NCBI GenBank assembly: GCA_947599995.1 | Contig: CANQFW010000001.1 | Location: forward strand, 1 to 48,535 | Length of the DNA: 48,535 bases | Source: an uncultured Clostridia bacterium | Lineage (GTDB): Bacteria; Bacillota; Clostridia; TANB77; CAG-508 | Direction: 5' to 3' | Part shown: one piece after another, positions 20,082-30,045 of the stretch | Numbering within the stretch: the first letter of the stretch is position 1 | How the letters are laid out: every line of letters begins with the position of its first letter | Translations under genes and position numbers: made by a program | The notes under the pieces: model-generated | Databases searched by the model: none | Told to the model about the DNA's origin: nothing | What the model saw: only the letters and a program-made list of their open reading frames with translations

Positions 20082-20633
20082 CTACACATTAAGTTTTGCA
20101 ATTCCTATTAAAATAAGTAAAACGCCTGATAGTGTGGACCACACGTCATAAGGAATATTAGCAATTTTAATTAATCTTCTTCCTAAGGAATTTCCTAAAT
20201 TTAAAAAAAATAATTGTAATAATGCTACTAAAATAGGAAATAAAGAAATATTAAGACCAAATATGCTTCCTCCTATTCCAATAAAGAGGCTATCTAAGGA
20301 AAGCGCTATTCCTAAAGCTACAGCCTCAGAGGGATCAATTATGTTAGAATTATTAAAATCAAAAGAACTGCTATTAGATCTAGATTGAACGATAATAATA
20401 ATTCCTAATAACATTAAAATACTAGAGCCAATAATTTTAGATATAATATCTGATAAGAAATTTTTCAATATACCGCCTATCATTATAGATATTGTAGTTA
20501 CAATTATGGAAATTATAGCTAGAATAATTTGACTTGATTTTGAAATTTTTGTGTTTCTAAGTCCATATGTAATCCCAATACTTAAAGAGTCTAGACTGCT
20601 AGATAGAGCTAATAATAATGAGCTTATTAACAT
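20082..20633 (-). CDS. YtaF/MntP-family integral membrane protein (sporulation protein YtaF-like)
   Basis: Start moved to the ATG at 20633 (RBS GAGGTG) because the longer track ORF runs through the tRNA. Polytopic; SSSLDSLSIGITYGLR and LSLDSLFIGIGG repeats as in YtaF/MntP. Confidence 0.6.
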   Translation of the reverse strand: MLISSLLLALSSSLDSLSIGITYGLRNTKISKSSQIILAIISIIVTTISIMIGGILKNFLSDIISKIIGSSILMLLGIIIIVQSRSNSSSFDFNNSNIIDPSEAVALGIALSLDSLFIGIGGSIFGLNISLFPILVALLQLFFLNLGNSLGRRLIKIANIPYDVWSTLSGVLLILIGIAKLNV

Positions 20634-20688
20634 ATAATACACCTCATTATAGTATATGAAATTTGTAGAATATTGTTGAATATAATTT

Positions 20689-20779
20689 TGGCGGAGTTGG
20701 TGGGATTCGAACCCACGGTACCTGTTACGGTATAACTGATTTCGAGTCAGCCTCGTTATGACCACTTCGATACAACTCC
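20689..20779 (-). tRNA. tRNA-Ser (anticodon CGA)
   Basis: 91-nt class II tRNA: acceptor GGAGTTG/CAACTCC, anticodon stem GCTGA/TCAGT with loop CT-CGA-AA, long variable arm, T-arm GTGGG-TTCGAAT-CCCAC, encoded CCA. Confidence 0.9.
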
Positions 20780-20791
20780 AAGAATAAATAA

Positions 20792-20820
20792 ATTATATAT
20801 TAATTTATTGATAAAATCAA
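20792..20820 (-). promoter_or_regulatory. sigma-A promoter of tRNA-Ser (TTGATT-17-TATAAT on minus strand)
   Basis: Reverse complement reads TTGATT (20820-20815), 17 nt, TATAAT (20797-20792), ~12 nt upstream of the tRNA 5' end. Confidence 0.6.
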
Positions 20821-20894
20821 GACCTAATAAAGTAAATTAATAAAAAAAGGACTTTGGGTTAAACTAAAACAAATAACTATTTAAGGAGAAGAAT

Positions 20895-21893
20895 ATGTTT
20901 AAACCCAAAGCAATTTATTATGAAAAAGAAATTACAAACTATGAGTTAGGCAAAAAGCTTATGGAACAATATTCTGATGTTCCAAAAGTAATAATAGATA
21001 GTCACAATAATATAGAGGAGATGAGAAAAAAGCAAAATAGTGAATTTCTAAAAATGAAAAGTAACCTGATAATAGGAGTAAGAAAGACACATAAATTTGT
21101 TCCAAATCATAAGGTTTCAGATTTTTTAGTTCCATATACTTCGTCAGGTTGTACAGCTGCATGTATGTATTGTTATCTTGTTTGCAACTATAATAAGTGT
21201 GCATATTTAAGAATATTTGTAAATAGAGAAAAAATGTTGGAAAAAATAATAAAAACAGCTAATGAATCAGAAAAAGATTTGACATTTGAAATAGGGAGTA
21301 ATAGCGATTTAATATTAGAAAATACAATTACAGGAAATTTACCTTGGACAATTGAAAATTTTAAAAATACAGAAAAAGGTTATTTAACATTTCCAACAAA
21401 ATTTGAAATGGTAGATGATATTTTAAATATAGATCATAAAGGAAAAGTTATAATAAGAGTGAGTGTAAACCCTGAAGAAATCATAAATAATGTAGAGTAT
21501 GGAACATCAAGATTAAAAGGAAGAATAGAAGCAATAAATAAATTAAAACAAGCAGGCTATAAAGTAGGAATTTTAATTGCACCAGTAATTATGGTAGAAA
21601 ATTGGAAAAAGCTATATTTAGAACTAATTGAAACATTATATGAAAATTTATCTCAAAGTGTAAAAAGAGATGCCTTCTTTGAAGTTATTTTTATGACATA
21701 CAGCTATGTCCATACAAAGATAAATGAAGAGGCATTTCAAAATCCAATAGACATATATAATAAAGACATGATGACAGGTAGAGGAAAAGGTAAATATATG
21801 TATAAAAATGAGTATAAAAAGGATGGAGAGAAGTTTTTTATTGAAAATCTTAAAAAATTTTTTCCTAAAAATCAAATTATATATATAGTGTAG
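20895..21893 (+). CDS. splB: spore photoproduct lyase (radical SAM)
   Basis: CTAACMYC (CxxxCxxC radical-SAM cluster), 332 aa, overall SplB-like layout. Confidence 0.85.
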   Translation: MFKPKAIYYEKEITNYELGKKLMEQYSDVPKVIIDSHNNIEEMRKKQNSEFLKMKSNLIIGVRKTHKFVPNHKVSDFLVPYTSSGCTAACMYCYLVCNYNKCAYLRIFVNREKMLEKIIKTANESEKDLTFEIGSNSDLILENTITGNLPWTIENFKNTEKGYLTFPTKFEMVDDILNIDHKGKVIIRVSVNPEEIINNVEYGTSRLKGRIEAINKLKQAGYKVGILIAPVIMVENWKKLYLELIETLYENLSQSVKRDAFFEVIFMTYSYVHTKINEEAFQNPIDIYNKDMMTGRGKGKYMYKNEYKKDGEKFFIENLKKFFPKNQIIYIV

Positions 21894-22025
21894 ATACTGC
21901 TAATAATTTAAAATATAAGCTGAAAAAACAATAAGTAAAAAATTTTAGTCATAAAAAAGTAAACCGAATCATACAATATTAGAAGAATAAATGCTTTGAA
22001 AAATAATTTACAAAATTTGGTAAAT

Positions 22026-22054
22026 TTGACAAAAGCTACAATTTAAGGTATAAT
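22026..22054 (+). promoter_or_regulatory. consensus sigma-A promoter (TTGACA-17-TATAAT)
   Basis: TTGACA 22026-22031, 17-nt spacer, TATAAT 22049-22054. Confidence 0.65.
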
Positions 22055-22086
22055 AGATTTGTTGTTAAAAGGAGGTTTATGATTTT

Positions 22087-23052
22087 ATGAAGAAAAAAAA
22101 TAAAAAAACTTTTTCAGCAATTAAAGTCATTTGCGTATGCCTAATTTTAATTTTGATTTCAGGAGTAGGAGTAATGGCTGTAACAACGCAAATTGAAAAT
22201 GTAACTATAAAACTATCAAATGGATATGAAATGAAAGTACTAACAACAAAAACAAAGGTATCAGAAATCTTAAAAGAAAACAACATTATAGTAGAGGAAA
22301 ACGAAAGAGTAATACCAGATTTAGAGGAGGAAATCACCCCTACTAAGAAAATTACAATAACAGACAAATCAAAGCAAGAAGTTGAGGTAGCTAAAATATC
22401 AGAAAGTGGTATAGAGGTAACTTTAGATTCATTACTTAAAGCATATGATACGATAACAGAAAAAATTGAAATTGTAGAAGAATCAATACCTTATGAAACA
22501 GTAACAAAAGATGTTTCTTCAGGTGCCAGTTCAACTAAAAATAAAGTAGTTCAACAAGGAGAAGACGGAATAAAGCAAGTTACTTACAAAATAAAATATC
22601 AAAATGAAGTTGAAATCGAAAAAACAAAGATTTCAGAAGTAGTAACAAAAGAGCCGGTAGAAAAAATAGTTCAGGTTCAATCAAATGTAATTACTTCAAG
22701 AGCAAGCACAACATCAAGAACAGAAGCATCATCAAATTCAAGTGAAAACATAAATAATTCATCATCAACTGTTAAAATCTACAAAGTAACAGCATATTGT
22801 TCATGTGCAAAATGTTGTGGAGGACATTCAAATGGGTATACTGCATCGGGAACAAGAGCAACAGCAGGTAGAACAGTAGCTGCACCATCAAGTTTTGCAT
22901 TTGGAACTAAATTAGTTATAAATGGAAAAGAGTATGTAGTTGAAGACAGAGGTGGAGCTATAAACGGAAATCGTATAGATATGTATGTAAGCTCACATGC
23001 ACAAGCATTAGCTTGGGGAGTTAAATATTTACCTGTTCAGGTAAAAAAATAA
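22087..23052 (+). CDS. YabE-like cell-wall protein (TM anchor, DUF348-like repeat, G5 domain, C-terminal 3D domain)
   Basis: N-terminal TM. G5-like KVVQQGEDGIKQVTYKIKY. The 3D domain reads YKVTAYC...NGYTASGTRA..GRTVA...VVEDRGGAI.GNRIDMYV. Confidence 0.75.
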   Translation: MKKKNKKTFSAIKVICVCLILILISGVGVMAVTTQIENVTIKLSNGYEMKVLTTKTKVSEILKENNIIVEENERVIPDLEEEITPTKKITITDKSKQEVEVAKISESGIEVTLDSLLKAYDTITEKIEIVEESIPYETVTKDVSSGASSTKNKVVQQGEDGIKQVTYKIKYQNEVEIEKTKISEVVTKEPVEKIVQVQSNVITSRASTTSRTEASSNSSENINNSSSTVKIYKVTAYCSCAKCCGGHSNGYTASGTRATAGRTVAAPSSFAFGTKLVINGKEYVVEDRGGAINGNRIDMYVSSHAQALAWGVKYLPVQVKK

Positions 23053-23064
23053 TAGAAAATTATA

Positions 23065-23101
23065 AAATTGAAGGGGCTGTAGAAACAGCCTCTTCAATTT
23101 T
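23065..23101 (+). terminator. rho-independent terminator
   Basis: 16-bp stem AAATTGAAGGGGCTGT / ACAGCCTCTTCAATTT (one G-U pair), 4-nt loop, T-run. Confidence 0.8.
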
Positions 23102-23172
23102 AAATTAGGTAATTAATTCATGTACCGACAAATCATAAAGAAATAGTTTTAGTATGTAGTTAAAATAAACCC

Positions 23173-23201
23173 TTTACATTAAACAAAAAATTATGTATAA
23201 T
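23173..23201 (+). promoter_or_regulatory. sigma-A-type promoter (TTTACA-17-TATAAT)
   Basis: TTTACA 23173-23178, 17 nt, TATAAT 23196-23201, upstream of xth. Confidence 0.55.
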
Positions 23202-23233
23202 GTATACATATAAAAGTAGGAAGGAACTAAAAG

Positions 23234-23989
23234 ATGAAAATAATATCATGGAATGTAAATGGAATAAGAGCATGTATAAATAAAGGGTTCATTGAATTTT
23301 TCAAAAATTCTAATGCAGATGTATTTTGTTTACAAGAAACAAAGTGTCAAGAAGGACAAGTAGAATTAAAATTCGAGGGATATGAAGATTTTTGGAACAG
23401 TGCGGAAAAAAAGGGCTATTCAGGAACGGCAATATTTACAAAGCAAAAACCTATTAGAGTAACCTATGGAATAGGAAAAGAAGAACACGACAAAGAAGGA
23501 AGGGTAATAACAGTAGAATTTGAAAAATTCTACATAGTAAATATATACACTCCAAATTCAAAAAGAGAGCTAGAAAGACTAGACTATAGACAAATATGGG
23601 AGGATGAAATAAGAAAATATTTACTTATATTGAAAGCAAAAAAACCAGTAATAATGTGTGGAGACTTAAATGTAGCACATAAAGAGATAGACCTAAAAAA
23701 TCCGAAATCTAATAGGAAAAATGCAGGATTTACAGATGAAGAAAGAAAGAAAATGACGGAGCTTTTAGAAGCAGGATTTACAGATAGCTTTAGATATCTA
23801 TATCCAGAAAAAGAGAATGCATACACTTGGTGGTCATATATGATGAAAGCAAGAGAAAAAAACATTGGATGGAGAATAGATTATTTTATTGTTTCAAATG
23901 ATATAAAAGATAAAATAAAAGAATCAATGATATATGATGAAATTTTAGGAAGTGATCATTGTCCAATTGGATTAGAGATAGAAATATAA
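23234..23989 (+). CDS. xth: exodeoxyribonuclease III (AP endonuclease)
   Basis: MKIISWNVNGIRA, CLQETK, GDLNVAH, SDHCP motifs; 251 aa. Confidence 0.93.
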   Translation: MKIISWNVNGIRACINKGFIEFFKNSNADVFCLQETKCQEGQVELKFEGYEDFWNSAEKKGYSGTAIFTKQKPIRVTYGIGKEEHDKEGRVITVEFEKFYIVNIYTPNSKRELERLDYRQIWEDEIRKYLLILKAKKPVIMCGDLNVAHKEIDLKNPKSNRKNAGFTDEERKKMTELLEAGFTDSFRYLYPEKENAYTWWSYMMKAREKNIGWRIDYFIVSNDIKDKIKESMIYDEILGSDHCPIGLEIEI

Positions 23990-24122
23990 AGATAATTAAA
24001 AATTTTAATATCCTAACACAGATTATAAAAAAAGTAAAAAATTTTGAAAAATTTGATATTATAAATGAAATAGTAAAATATTTTGAAATAATAAAAATAG
24101 CAAAGAAAGGAGAATAAAATTA

Positions 24123-25238
24123 GTGAAAGAAGAAATAAAAAGTCATTGGAGGGCATGGACATTTTGTTTGTCTCTTGCAATTACAATAATAATTATATAC
24201 AAAGCCATAGATAGCATAGCATATATATCAAATTTCATAAATGGATTTATTTCATCCATTTCACCATTTTTAATAGGAATTTTGATATCATATTTACTTT
24301 ATATGCCAGAAAGTAAAATAGAACGAGATTTAAAGAAATCTAAAAAAAGAATTATAAGAAAAAATAGTAGAAAGATAGGTATTCTAATAACATATGTTAT
24401 ATTTATTTTACTTGTTATAATATTGATAAATGTCATATTACCAGTTGTATTGCAAAGTATAAATGAACTGATTGCAAATTTCCAAGCCTACTATACAAAG
24501 TTTTTAAACACATATAATAATTTACCAGATGATGACATATTCAAAACAGAGATAATACAAGGAATTCTTAACGAATTTCAGGAGTTAGATTTAAAACAAT
24601 ATATAAATATTGAAAGTATAACAGGATACTTAAAAGGGGCAGTAAGCTTAGCAAGTGGAATTTTTGACATATTTATAGCATTTGTAGTTTCAATATACAT
24701 ATTATCAGAAAGAACAGAGATTATAAGTTTCTTTAAGAGATTTTTTGGTGTTGTTTTAAGAAAACATTCGTATCAAAAGCTAGGAGAATATTTCTATAAT
24801 TCTAATAAAGTATTTTTCAAGTTTATATCAAGTCAATTTATAGACGCAATAGTTGTAGGAATATTGACAACAATAGCAATGAAAATAATAGGAGTAAAAT
24901 ATGCAGCTCTTTTAGGGTTTACTATAGGTATTTTTAACATGATACCATATTTTGGAGCAATAATTGCTGCTATAATTTCAGCAATTATTACATTAATTAC
25001 CGGAGGACTATCACAGGCTGTAATTATGCTTATAGTTGTAATAATTCTTCAGCAAATAGATGCAAATGTCATAAATCCAAAAATTACAGGAGATTCTTTA
25101 GAAATAAGTCCTCTTCTTGTGATTTTATCAGTTTCAGTAGGTGGAGAGTATTTTGGAATTATGGGAATGTTTCTTGCAGTGCCAGTTGCAGCAATACTAA
25201 AAATTTTGGTAAATGATTACATTGACAATAAAGTATAA
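24123..25238 (+). CDS. AI-2E (PerM/YtvI-type) family transporter
   Basis: Polytopic membrane protein with the characteristic IPYFGA and LAVPVAA segments. GTG start. Confidence 0.75.
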   Translation: MKEEIKSHWRAWTFCLSLAITIIIIYKAIDSIAYISNFINGFISSISPFLIGILISYLLYMPESKIERDLKKSKKRIIRKNSRKIGILITYVIFILLVIILINVILPVVLQSINELIANFQAYYTKFLNTYNNLPDDDIFKTEIIQGILNEFQELDLKQYINIESITGYLKGAVSLASGIFDIFIAFVVSIYILSERTEIISFFKRFFGVVLRKHSYQKLGEYFYNSNKVFFKFISSQFIDAIVVGILTTIAMKIIGVKYAALLGFTIGIFNMIPYFGAIIAAIISAIITLITGGLSQAVIMLIVVIILQQIDANVINPKITGDSLEISPLLVILSVSVGGEYFGIMGMFLAVPVAAILKILVNDYIDNKV

Positions 25239-25288
25239 TTAGTATATATTAATATTGGATAAGTATATAATAAAGGAGAAGTACTTTT

Positions 25289-26482
25289 ATGGAATCAAAA
25301 AAAGATTGTAGAGTAATTCATATAAGTGTAATGTGGATTTTTATAGTATTTATAATAGTATTTAGCATAAAAGCTTTTTTCAAAAATTATATACTTGCCA
25401 CAAATACAAATTCAGAAATTGAGGAAGTTAAAGTTTTTGAAGAAAATCAAAATGCAGTTAACATATTAAAAGTAATGATAGAAAATAATGATCAGAATAA
25501 AAAACTTATTAATGAGGAAAGGGAAATCGAATTTGAAACTGTATATGAGGAGAATCCGAATTTACCTAAAGATGAAGAGCAGATAAAACAGGAAGGTGTA
25601 AATGGAAAATTAAAGGTTACTGCGCTTCAAGAGTATAAAAATGGTGAAATGATTAATGAGGATATTTTAGAAAGTGTTGTATCAGAAGGAGCAATTCAGA
25701 AAATAATATATAAAGGAACTTCCGAATTTTTAAGTAAATATAATGTACACATAGGAGATACTATGTATTTGATGGAAATTGCTGATTTGAAAGAAGAGGA
25801 TAATTATGAATCAAATACAATTTTAACAATAAACAGGTATCTAAATGTTACAATTCAAGAAGTAAAGAATGATTGGATAAAGGTTAAATATTCTGACAAG
25901 GAAGGATATATAGAAGCAAATAAGTTGACTTCAGAGTCAGTAACTCCTATGATTACAGAAAAAAATAGAATAGCTACACTTAAGGAAAGTTTGAATTTTG
26001 AAATGGAATTAAATAAAGTAAGTGGAATGACCCTTAGTGATTATAAAACAATTTTTTCAGGAATTCCTAGTGACAAAAATAATATATTTGCACAAAATGC
26101 AGAGACGTTTTATAATATAGAGCAAAAATACAAAATAAATGGAATTTTTATTGCATCAATTGGAATTCATGAAAGTGCTTGGGGAACGTCAAGCCTAGCA
26201 ATGGACAAGCATAACTTGTTCGGATTTGCAGCATATGATAGAGATCCATATAATTCAGCAGCGAATTTTGAGACGTATGAAGAATGTATAGACACTGTTG
26301 CGAAAGTTATTGCAAAAAATTATATACATACATCAGGGACTATTATTACAGAAGATGTGGTAGCTACAGCATCTTATTATAATGGACCTACACTTTCAGG
26401 AGTAAATACAAGATATGCAAGTGATATAAATTGGGCTAATAAGGTATATAAATATATGGAATATCTATATAATAGATTATAA
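25289..26482 (+). CDS. cell-wall hydrolase: TM anchor, G5, SH3b-like domain and GH73 N-acetylglucosaminidase domain
   Basis: G5-like EGVNGKLKVTALQEYKNGE. SH3-like DWIKVKYSDKEGYIEANKL. GH73 region FIASIGIHESAWGTS...NLFGFAAYD. Confidence 0.75.
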   Translation: MESKKDCRVIHISVMWIFIVFIIVFSIKAFFKNYILATNTNSEIEEVKVFEENQNAVNILKVMIENNDQNKKLINEEREIEFETVYEENPNLPKDEEQIKQEGVNGKLKVTALQEYKNGEMINEDILESVVSEGAIQKIIYKGTSEFLSKYNVHIGDTMYLMEIADLKEEDNYESNTILTINRYLNVTIQEVKNDWIKVKYSDKEGYIEANKLTSESVTPMITEKNRIATLKESLNFEMELNKVSGMTLSDYKTIFSGIPSDKNNIFAQNAETFYNIEQKYKINGIFIASIGIHESAWGTSSLAMDKHNLFGFAAYDRDPYNSAANFETYEECIDTVAKVIAKNYIHTSGTIITEDVVATASYYNGPTLSGVNTRYASDINWANKVYKYMEYLYNRL

Positions 26483-26488
26483 TGAAGA

Positions 26489-26519
26489 TGAGTGCAGAAA
26501 TTTTAGGTTTCTGCACTCA
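26489..26519 (+). terminator. hairpin (probable terminator)
   Basis: Perfect 12-bp stem TGAGTGCAGAAA / TTTCTGCACTCA with a 7-nt loop. The downstream T-run is weak. Confidence 0.5.
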
Positions 26520-26651
26520 AAGTAAATAAACATATAGACTTTTTATAATGTAAACTATAGAGTATAATTTAATTTTACATAAGTCGGATTTTAGATATGT
26601 TAATTTTTGAAACATTCATGCATATTTTATAAATTTGGAAAGGAATTTTAA

Positions 26652-27464
26652 ATGAAGAAAAAGAAAATAAAAGTAAAAGAAAAAATTATTATTCCAATAT
26701 ATTTAATAATTATATTTATTTTAATCTTCATATATGGAAATATAATCCGTATACATATTAATAACTCAAAATTTCTAAAAGATTCTATGCTTATTCTAGA
26801 AAAAAATCAAAACACGATATTTACATTAGACAAGATTATTTTGACAAGTTCAGCAAATGCTATAGATAATAGTGAAGAAAAAAACTTGCAAGATCTAAGT
26901 ATTTATCAATTTACTGATATAGCAGTGTATATAGGTAATGGTGAAGAACTAACAAATGAAAATACTGTCAAAAATTTGTATATAGACAATATAGAAATTA
27001 CAACTAGAACTAAAAAGGGAACACAGAGTTTAAATTATAAAAATTTTCAAAATTTTGGTAGATCTGACCAAACTAATAGTGATACACCAAGTAAAATTGA
27101 ATTTAATGTAGTTTATACAAACGAAGAAAATGAAAAAGCTAATTATGATGAACCAACTTTTTATACGGATTGCTCTAATCCTATTACTTTAGGATATTTA
27201 AATAGTGATATTGTAACAGGTTATAAAATGGGAGAAAATACATCTATCTCATTTGATGGTAAAATACTAAAAGCCGCAGGAATAGAGCTTAAAGATATAG
27301 AATGTAATATTAAATTTAAGGTGCATTTAGAAAATAATATGCAAGAAAAATTTTCATGCTGGCTTAACTTCTATTTGCCTTTGGAGGAAGTATTTGATGG
27401 TACTAGTATGAAATCAAAAACTTTACAGGGAAATAAATATAAGTTTTTTTGTGAACCGTTTTAA
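26652..27464 (+). CDS. hypothetical membrane-anchored protein
   Basis: Lys-rich N-terminus, then one TM helix and a ~220-aa extracytoplasmic domain. No family recognised; it is not MinC-like. Confidence 0.55.
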   Translation: MKKKKIKVKEKIIIPIYLIIIFILIFIYGNIIRIHINNSKFLKDSMLILEKNQNTIFTLDKIILTSSANAIDNSEEKNLQDLSIYQFTDIAVYIGNGEELTNENTVKNLYIDNIEITTRTKKGTQSLNYKNFQNFGRSDQTNSDTPSKIEFNVVYTNEENEKANYDEPTFYTDCSNPITLGYLNSDIVTGYKMGENTSISFDGKILKAAGIELKDIECNIKFKVHLENNMQEKFSCWLNFYLPLEEVFDGTSMKSKTLQGNKYKFFCEPF

Positions 27465-27522
27465 AAAAGTATATATCTTTTGGAAAAAAATGTAAATTTT
27501 TAGCTTTTTTATGTTGATGGCA

Positions 27523-27551
27523 TTGACTTTTTACAAAATTCATTATATTAT
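27523..27551 (+). promoter_or_regulatory. sigma-A-type promoter of minDE (TTGACT-17-TATTAT)
   Basis: TTGACT 27523-27528, 17-nt spacer, TATTAT 27546-27551. Confidence 0.5.
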
Positions 27552-27602
27552 ATAGTCATATTTTAAATAATGCATAAAGCCTAGAAAGGGAGAACAAATA
27601 TT

Positions 27603-28394
27603 ATGGGAGAAGTTATAGTTATTACATCAGGCAAAGGTGGAGTAGGGAAAACAACAACAACAGCAAATTTAGGTTCAAGCTTAGCATTAGAAGGTAAAAA
27701 AGTTGCTTTAATAGATACAGATATTGGGCTTCGTAATTTAGATGTAGTTATGGGACTTGAAAACAGAATTGTATATGACATAGTAGATGTTGTTGAAGGA
27801 AAATGCAAAATAAGACAAGCACTAATAAAAGACAAAAGATTTAAAGAATTATACCTATTACCAGCTGCGCAAACAAGAGATAAATCAGCGGTAAATGAGG
27901 AACAGATGATAGAACTTACAAAAAAACTAAAGGAAGAATTTGACTATATTATAATAGACTGCCCGGCAGGAATAGAGCAAGGATTCAAAAATGCAATTGC
28001 GGGGGCAAATAGAGCAATTGTAGTAACAACAGCTGAAATTTCTTCGATAAGAGATGCTGATAGAATAATAGGTCTTTTAGAATCTTCAGAAATTAAAAAT
28101 CCAGAATTAGTAATCAACAAGATAAAACCTAATATGGTAAGAAGAGGTGAGATGATGGATGTTGACGACATAGTAGACTTACTATCTATAGACTTAATTG
28201 GTGTAGTACCAGATGATGAATACATAATAACCCAAACAAATAAGGGTGAGCCAGTTATACAAAATAAAAAGGCACCATCAGGAAAAGCATATTTAGAAAT
28301 TGCAAAAAGAGTATTAGGAGAGAACATAGATGTTACGATTCCTGGTAAAGAAAAAGGTTTTTTGGCAAAACTAAAAAGGCTTTTTAAGAAATAA
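27603..28394 (+). CDS. minD: septum site-determining ATPase MinD
   Basis: VITSGKGGVGKTT deviant Walker A, DCPAGIE, C-terminal amphipathic KGFLAKLKRLFK membrane-targeting helix. Confidence 0.95.
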   Translation: MGEVIVITSGKGGVGKTTTTANLGSSLALEGKKVALIDTDIGLRNLDVVMGLENRIVYDIVDVVEGKCKIRQALIKDKRFKELYLLPAAQTRDKSAVNEEQMIELTKKLKEEFDYIIIDCPAGIEQGFKNAIAGANRAIVVTTAEISSIRDADRIIGLLESSEIKNPELVINKIKPNMVRRGEMMDVDDIVDLLSIDLIGVVPDDEYIITQTNKGEPVIQNKKAPSGKAYLEIAKRVLGENIDVTIPGKEKGFLAKLKRLFKK

Positions 28395-28417
28395 ATAAAA
28401 AAGTGGAGGTAGTTTAA

Positions 28418-28942
28418 ATGTTTGATAACATTATGAGATTTTTTAAAAAGACTAAACAAAATGAAGATTCAAATCTAATCGCAACTACAAATTCTGTTTC
28501 AAACTCTAAAGATAAGGCAAAAGAAAGATTGCATTTAGTTCTAGTACAAGACAGAGTAAATGTATCAGCAGATTTTTTAGATTTAATGAAGCAGGAAATA
28601 ATTGATGTTATAAAAAAGTATATAGACATAGATGAAGAGGCAATGGATGTTAGCTTTACTAATAAGGAAAATGAAGACGGCACGCAAGGAACACCGGCTC
28701 TATATGCTAATATTCCTATACTTAATATAAAAGATGAAACAAGAAAAATAGGAAATAAAAAAGATCAAAAAAAAGATAAAGAAAATCCTCCTAAAAAAGA
28801 AGATAGCGTAGAAGAAAAAAAAGAATTAGTAACAGACAGAAAAAATAAAGAAAGAGTAGAAAAAAACGTCATCAAACAAGAGGTAACAGAAAATAAAAAG
28901 AAACAAAAATCAGAAAATGAAAAAAAGGCAGTAAATGAGTAA
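28418..28942 (+). CDS. minE: MinE with a ~70-aa Lys/Glu-rich C-terminal extension
   Basis: AKERLHLVLVQDR...L..MKQEIIDVIKKYIDID is a canonical MinE core (~100 aa). It continues in frame into a K/E-rich tail. Confidence 0.85.
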   Translation: MFDNIMRFFKKTKQNEDSNLIATTNSVSNSKDKAKERLHLVLVQDRVNVSADFLDLMKQEIIDVIKKYIDIDEEAMDVSFTNKENEDGTQGTPALYANIPILNIKDETRKIGNKKDQKKDKENPPKKEDSVEEKKELVTDRKNKERVEKNVIKQEVTENKKKQKSENEKKAVNE

Positions 28943-28965
28943 GTGAAATAAAAAAGGAGCTAGTT

Positions 28966-29935
28966 ATGTATTTACATGAACTACAAGTTGGAAATGTAAA
29001 ATTAGAAAATAATATATTATTAGCACCAATGGCAGGTATTACAGACCTGCCTTTTAGATTGGTGTGTGAAAAATTTCGGACCGGGTCTTGTATGTACTGA
29101 AATGGTAAGTGGAAAGGCAATACAGTACAATGATGAGAAAACTAAGAAATTAATGAATATTGATGGAGAGAAAAGGCCTGTTGCAATTCAAATTTTTGGA
29201 AGCGATATAGAGGCTTTAGGTTGCGGTGCAAAATATGCTTCTCAAATTGCAGATATTGTAGATATAAATATGGGGTGCCCTGCGCCAAAGGTAACTAAAA
29301 ATGGCGATGGTAGTAAACTTTTGTTAGATCTAAAAAAAGCTAAGGATGTAATAGAAGCTACGGTTAAAAATTCTACAGTTCCAGTTACCTTGAAGATTAG
29401 AAAAGGTTGGGATGATGAAAATATTGTAGCCATTGAAATAGCAAAAATTGCAGAAGAATTGGGAGTAGCACTAATTACTGTTCATGGAAGAACAAGGAAA
29501 GAATTCTACTCTGGTAAGGCTGATTTAGAAATTATAAAAAAAGTAAAACAAGCTGTAAAGATTCCTGTAATAGGAAATGGGGATATTGTTGATGAAGAAT
29601 CAGCTTTAAAAATGTTTGAAGAGACAGGTGTGGATGGAATAATGATAGGGAGAGGTGCAATGGGTAATCCTTGGATTTTCAAAAAAATTAAGCATTTCTT
29701 AGATCATGGAGAAAAATTAGAAGAATTATCAATGAGTGAAAAATTAAAAATAATTCAGGAGCATATTGAATTACAAGTAAAAGCAAAGGGAAATTCTTCA
29801 GGTATCAGGGAATTTAGAAAACATATGGCAGCATATACTAAAAATTTGCCTAATTCTACTTCCTTTAGGAATAGAATTAACAGCATACAAGACAAAGACG
29901 AGCTTCTTAATGAACTTCTAAAGTTTTGGAAATAA
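28966..29935 (+). pseudogene. dus: tRNA-dihydrouridine synthase, one frameshift (or assembly indel) near codon 36
   Basis: ATG at 28966 (RBS AAGGAG) encodes MYLHELQVGNVKLENNILLAPMAGITDLPFRLVCEKF, then stops. The 29066 frame continues GPGLVCTEMVSGKA... through a complete Dus. The switch is in GAAAAATTTCGG (29068-29079). Confidence 0.85.
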
Positions 29936-29978
29936 AGATGATAATAAAGAAATTTTATTATAAATTTAGTAGAAAATA

Positions 29979-30021
29979 AAACAATTCAAAAAGGCCTATT
30001 TTTAGTCTATTTGAATTGTTT
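29979..30021. terminator. bidirectional hairpin between convergent dus and mutS2
   Basis: 12-bp stem AAACAATTCAAA (29979-29990) / TTTGAATTGTTT (30010-30021) with flanking A/T runs. Confidence 0.6.
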
Positions 30022-30045
30022 AAATTTTGTATATAATTTTAAAAA

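Noticed and set aside
20634-20765. The track ORF 20082-20765 has a 44-aa N-terminal extension (MVITRLTRNQLYRNRYRGFESHQL...).
   Set aside because: The extension is the translation of the tRNA-Ser gene on the same strand. A good RBS plus ATG at 20633 starts the real membrane protein.
28730-28942. The K/E-rich tail of MinE might be a separate small gene or a frameshift artefact.
   Set aside because: It is continuous in the same frame as the MinE core, with no internal stop and no internal RBS/start arrangement. It is kept as a C-terminal extension.
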